A stretch of DNA of 7,643 bases, taken from contig CAZECW010000081.1 in the NCBI GenBank assembly GCA_964510585.1, forward strand, positions 1-7,643, written 5' to 3'. Origin of the DNA: an uncultured archaeon (GTDB lineage: Archaea; Asgardarchaeota; Jordiarchaeia; Jordiarchaeales; Jordiarchaeaceae). The notes beneath the pieces are model-generated. The model worked only from the letters and a program-made list of their open reading frames with translations. It was not told the DNA's origin and did not search any database. Both the position numbers and the translations under genes were made by a program. Below are positions 5,241 through 7,643 of this stretch, in pieces; position 1 is the stretch's first letter; every line of letters begins with the position of its first letter.

Positions 5241-6346
5241 GTTCCATCATTTCTCGCCATGTTCAGAGCCCCAACAGCATCCGCATTCATCGCCATGCCA
5301 CATTTTCCACAATAGAATAAGCCTCTATATTTCCTCTTCCCTTTAGAGTGGCAGAATGGGCACTCGCTCGACGTTTTGTACTCGCTTCCTTCCTCCACTT
5401 TTATGCCGTACTCTTCACATTTTTCCCTGAACCTTCTAACCGTGTAGTTGAAGCTCCAGAAGTTGTTTACCATGGCGTTCGCTTTACCGTTGTGGCTGTT
5501 TCCCCTTATTCCCCTCAGTCTCCCAAGAACTATTTTTGAGATGCCGAGCTGATGTGCGTCTTCAACTATCCGCTTTATCATGGCGTTTAAAGCGTGCCTA
5601 AACCTTCTCCGCCTAATCCTGTACAGCTTCATAAGCCTTTTGGATGTTTTAGCCCTGTTTATTCTTGCCAGTCTGCTCTGCTCCTCGGCTATTCTTCCTT
5701 TCCAGTACCACCAGTCCGCAAGAACAGCCCTACCAGAGAAGGCTATGGGCTTCTTCAGGCCCTCAAACCATATTGTGGCAAGGTTTACTACGCCCAGGTC
5801 CATGTAGAGGGACTTTTTGCCCCCCTTAAGTTGAGGCTTCTCAACCTTAACGATCATAAAGCCCCTCCACACCTTGTCAACTTCGTCGTAGATTATCTCG
5901 AGCCTTCCCTTTTTTCCCTTCCACTTCAGGTCGCCCTTATACTTCAGTCTTAGTCCTTTTGGGAGGTATAGGTATTCATCGTCAATCCTGTAGCAGTCGT
6001 TTCTTACAATTATCCTCAACTCTCTCTTGCCGTTCCTCTTCCAGTATCTAGGCATTGAGACTCCGGTTATGTGCTCTGGAAGCCTTCCTTCAGCCTCAAG
6101 CCGCTTTAAAGCGAGGAAGCTCTTCCAGGCCTCATTGTTCTTGTTTATGATTTGTTGGGCTGTTGCTGATCCTATAAGAGGAGCGTATTTTGTGTAGAGG
6201 TGTTTGGGATACCATTCGAACTTCCTGTAGTGTATGTATGCCTGTCTCCTCTCGAAGTTCACTTCGTTGTATAGTCTTGCGCAGTTTTCCGCGAGCTCCC
6301 GTAGGGCTGGGCGGCCTTCAATTATGAACGTGTTTGTTCTCTCCAT
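5072..6346 (-). CDS. tnpB: TnpB RNA-guided endonuclease (424 aa from the internal ATG at 6346), currently in frame with the upstream decayed tnpA as one 557-aa ORF (5072-6745)
   Basis: RuvC-I YMDLG (D183), RuvC-II IVLGRL (Gly at the usual Glu position) with alternative Glu in SEYKTS (E322), zinc finger CPFC...CGKC, RuvC-III NADAVGALN (D356); Arg/Lys-rich bridge region. Confidence 0.93.
   Translation of the reverse strand: MERTNTFIIEGRPALRELAENCARLYNEVNFERRQAYIHYRKFEWYPKHLYTKYAPLIGSATAQQIINKNNEAWKSFLALKRLEAEGRLPEHITGVSMPRYWKRNGKRELRIIVRNDCYRIDDEYLYLPKGLRLKYKGDLKWKGKKGRLEIIYDEVDKVWRGFMIVKVEKPQLKGGKKSLYMDLGVVNLATIWFEGLKKPIAFSGRAVLADWWYWKGRIAEEQSRLARINRAKTSKRLMKLYRIRRRRFRHALNAMIKRIVEDAHQLGISKIVLGRLRGIRGNSHNGKANAMVNNFWSFNYTVRRFREKCEEYGIKVEEGSEYKTSSECPFCHSKGKRKYRGLFYCGKCGMAMNADAVGALNMARNDGTIIPNPSWGRDNWVVAHPLLLRWNGMRWEPKRAMNNQPMNTLRSKNLPTSSRGECQ
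5075..5107 (-). other. IS right end: GAAT guide, subterminal hairpin and TCAA cleavage site
   Basis: Minus strand GAATCTCCCGACTTCAAGTCGTGGAGAGTGTCAA, ending at 5075. Confidence 0.8.
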
Positions 6347-6348
6347 TT

Positions 6349-6745
6349 TTAGACGCCCCTTCTGGGCTTCGATGTATTTTTCAATGGCTTCTTTAGAGAC
6401 TGCCCCTATTGTTGAAACATAGTAGCTGTGTGTCCGTGGGGATGGTAGCTTAAGCAGCTCAGGGGAACTCCTTTTTTTGGGGATGTTTGAGCTTCTGCCC
6501 TTGATTCTCCTCGCAATCCTGTGGATGGGTATTTTTGGGTAGGCTGATGTGAACAGTTGAATGTAGCCGGGGTTTATGGCAGGTTCAAGGACCTTAATCC
6601 CTAACTTGTCTGCAACCTGGCGAATTATCTGCTTAAAGCCTCTCCTTAACCCTTCCCGCAAGGACTGGCTTACGTCTCTTTGGGCACCAGACCGGGGTGG
6701 TACTGGATTGGGAAGACTTTTCCTCGAACGTTGATAGGTTTTCAC
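6349..6745 (-). pseudogene. tnpA: Decayed Y1 (HUH) transposase
   Basis: TnpA motifs are split across frames: KVFPIQYH (+1 frame), VWCPKRRKPVLAGRVKERL (+2 frame), then KQIIRQVA...IKGRSS...SYYVST...KYIEAQ. The HUH motif reads YIQ instead of HxH; the catalytic Tyr is retained. Confidence 0.85.
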
Positions 6746-6765
6746 GATTCTAAATAACTTATTGC

Positions 6766-6775
6766 TATATTTAAA
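6766..6775 (-). promoter_or_regulatory. TATA box of the IS tnpA promoter (probably leaderless mRNA)
   Basis: TTTAAATATA; the TTTAAATA core ends 23 nt before the GTG at 6745. Confidence 0.55.
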
Positions 6776-6789
6776 CCCATCAACAATTC

Positions 6790-6831
6790 ATCCCACGGTT
6801 AAAACCGTAGGCTTTCTTGTCGAGTTTCGAT
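6790..6831 (-). other. IS left end: AAAG guide plus subterminal hairpin; flanking TTAC target at 6835-6832
   Basis: Plus strand CCCACGGTT-AA-AACCGTAGG-CTTT; TTAC lies 16 nt before AAAG on the minus strand, similar to the IS608 spacing as I recall it. Confidence 0.8.
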
Positions 6832-6953
6832 GTAAATGTAAGTTTAAAAGTGTAGCCAACCACATGATAAGCTTACTTCTTATTTTATAAGGGAACCTGA
6901 ATCCCAAAAAACAATCAAACCCTCCCATTATCTCTTAAAACCCAAAAAAGTAC

Positions 6954-6968
6954 AAAGCCTTTTTAAAT
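6954..6968 (+). promoter_or_regulatory. BRE-TATA candidate for the downstream gene
   Basis: AAAGCC-TTTTTAAAT about 85 nt upstream of ATG 7053. Confidence 0.35.
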
Positions 6969-7052
6969 CTGAAATACTATGATTTACAATTAGACGACAA
7001 CGACTTAAAAGGGAATTCGTCGATTTTTTGGTATGTTATGGTGGCTGTTTTT

Positions 7053-7643
7053 ATGGTGGATTCGCAGAATTCAAAAGGATATTGTTCAATAATTGATTGC
7101 CCCACGTGTGAGAAACTCCCTTCGAAAATGTGGTTCGACCTTGACCGTGTTGGGAAAGATAAAATTCCAGCCGAACTCGACCAGCTATCCACAGTCATTT
7201 CATTGGATTTAGAAACGGAGCACGCCTATTCCTCACACACAGTAAAGTTACTTAAGTGTCCGAGGTGTGGAACCTACTACTACTTCAGCCACTATGTGGA
7301 TGAGGGGGAGCATTTCATGGATCCAAAATCCAATGATCTAACAGTCAGGCGCTATCCCCCCCTAACTGTAATAGTCTTTTTGGAGGGAATAATCAAAGAA
7401 ACACCTGGAACCGTCCCGCAGCCACTTGGTAAACTTAGAAAAGCATTCCTTGAGGGAACATATCCCCATCCCAACGAGCCCGTTGAAGAGGGTAGGGAGA
7501 CAATAGTTGAACTGGCGGGTCGAGAACTAAACGAACTTAAGACGCGCTACGAAGCGATAATTGGGGAGTTCATCGAAATTGTCGAAAGCCTATCTCCAGT
7601 ATGGCAAATTAAAAAGTATATTGTTGACTCACTAGTCCTACAC
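7053..7643 (+). CDS. Hypothetical protein with split CxxC...CxxC metal-binding motif, 3'-truncated by the window (at least 197 aa); not in the ORF track
   Basis: Manual translation has no stop to the edge: MVDSQNSKGYCSIIDCPTCEKLPSKMWFDLD...KLLKCPRCGTYYYFSHYVDEGEHFMDP...RELNELKTRYEAIIGEF...VDSLVLH. SD-like GGTGG at 7040-7044; alternative in-frame ATG at 7038. Confidence 0.75.
   Translation, partial: MVDSQNSKGYCSIIDCPTCEKLPSKMWFDLDRVGKDKIPAELDQLSTVISLDLETEHAYSSHTVKLLKCPRCGTYYYFSHYVDEGEHFMDPKSNDLTVRRYPPLTVIVFLEGIIKETPGTVPQPLGKLRKAFLEGTYPHPNEPVEEGRETIVELAGRELNELKTRYEAIIGEFIEIVESLSPVWQIKKYIVDSLVLH

Larger units (their letters stand above)
5075..6831 (-). mobile_element. IS200/IS605-family insertion sequence (IS605 group, tnpA remnant plus tnpB), 1757 bp
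   Basis: Left end (minus strand): TTAC|ATCGAAACTCGACAAG-AAAG-hairpin CCTACGGTT-TT-AACCGTGGG. Right end: GAAT-hairpin CTCC-CGACT-TCA-AGTCG-T-GGAG-AGTG-TCAA|. The AAAG/TTAC and GAAT/TCAA guide/cleavage pairs are those established for IS608. No target duplication, as expected for this family. Confidence 0.9.

Noticed and set aside
5072-6346. TnpB as a nuclease-dead TldR-like repressor of cysK
   Set aside because: RuvC-I and -III Asp are intact and an alternative Glu is present; the guide matches only the immediate flank, as expected for an ordinary IS.
5109-6422. Plus-strand ORFs inside the IS (5109-5315, 5132-5320, 5348-5539, 5580-5807, 5594-5953, 6234-6422)
   Set aside because: Antisense shadows of tnpB.
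6977-7198. Minus-strand 73-aa ORF
   Set aside because: Antisense to the longer CxxC gene starting at 7053, which has better start signals and protein-like content.
1-7643. CRISPR array, tRNA, rRNA, terminal inverted repeats or target-site duplication
   Set aside because: No regularly spaced repeats or RNA-gene signatures found by eye; the hairpins at 5080-5105 and 6790-6810 are IS200/IS605 subterminal structures.

Overview
Archaeal-looking window: BRE/TATA promoters, GGTG-type Shine-Dalgarno (SD) sites and a eukaryote-like GTPase suggest an Asgard archaeon (inference). Left to right: (1) probable 5' end of a divergent gene (1-75, -); (2) longin-domain/Arf-Arl-like small GTPase fusion (258-1169, +); (3) convergent two-domain KaiC/RAD55-superfamily, GvpD-like ATPase with an inactive second domain (1290-2657, -); (4) 640-bp divergent intergenic region with operator-like palindromes and a possible 22-aa small ORF; (5) translationally coupled cysE-cysK operon, where CysE has an unusual N-terminal C4 zinc-ribbon extension and CysK ends in an acidic tail with a C-terminal Ile; (6) IS200/IS605-family element (5075-6831, -) inserted 10 nt after the cysK stop, with IS608-like ends (TTAC/AAAG left, GAAT/TCAA right), a decayed tnpA that is nevertheless read in frame into an intact RuvC-rearranged tnpB, and a predicted omegaRNA whose guide is antisense to the cysK 3' end; (7) a CxxC-containing hypothetical gene running off the right edge (7053->7643, +), absent from the ORF track. 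No rRNA, tRNA or CRISPR array seen.
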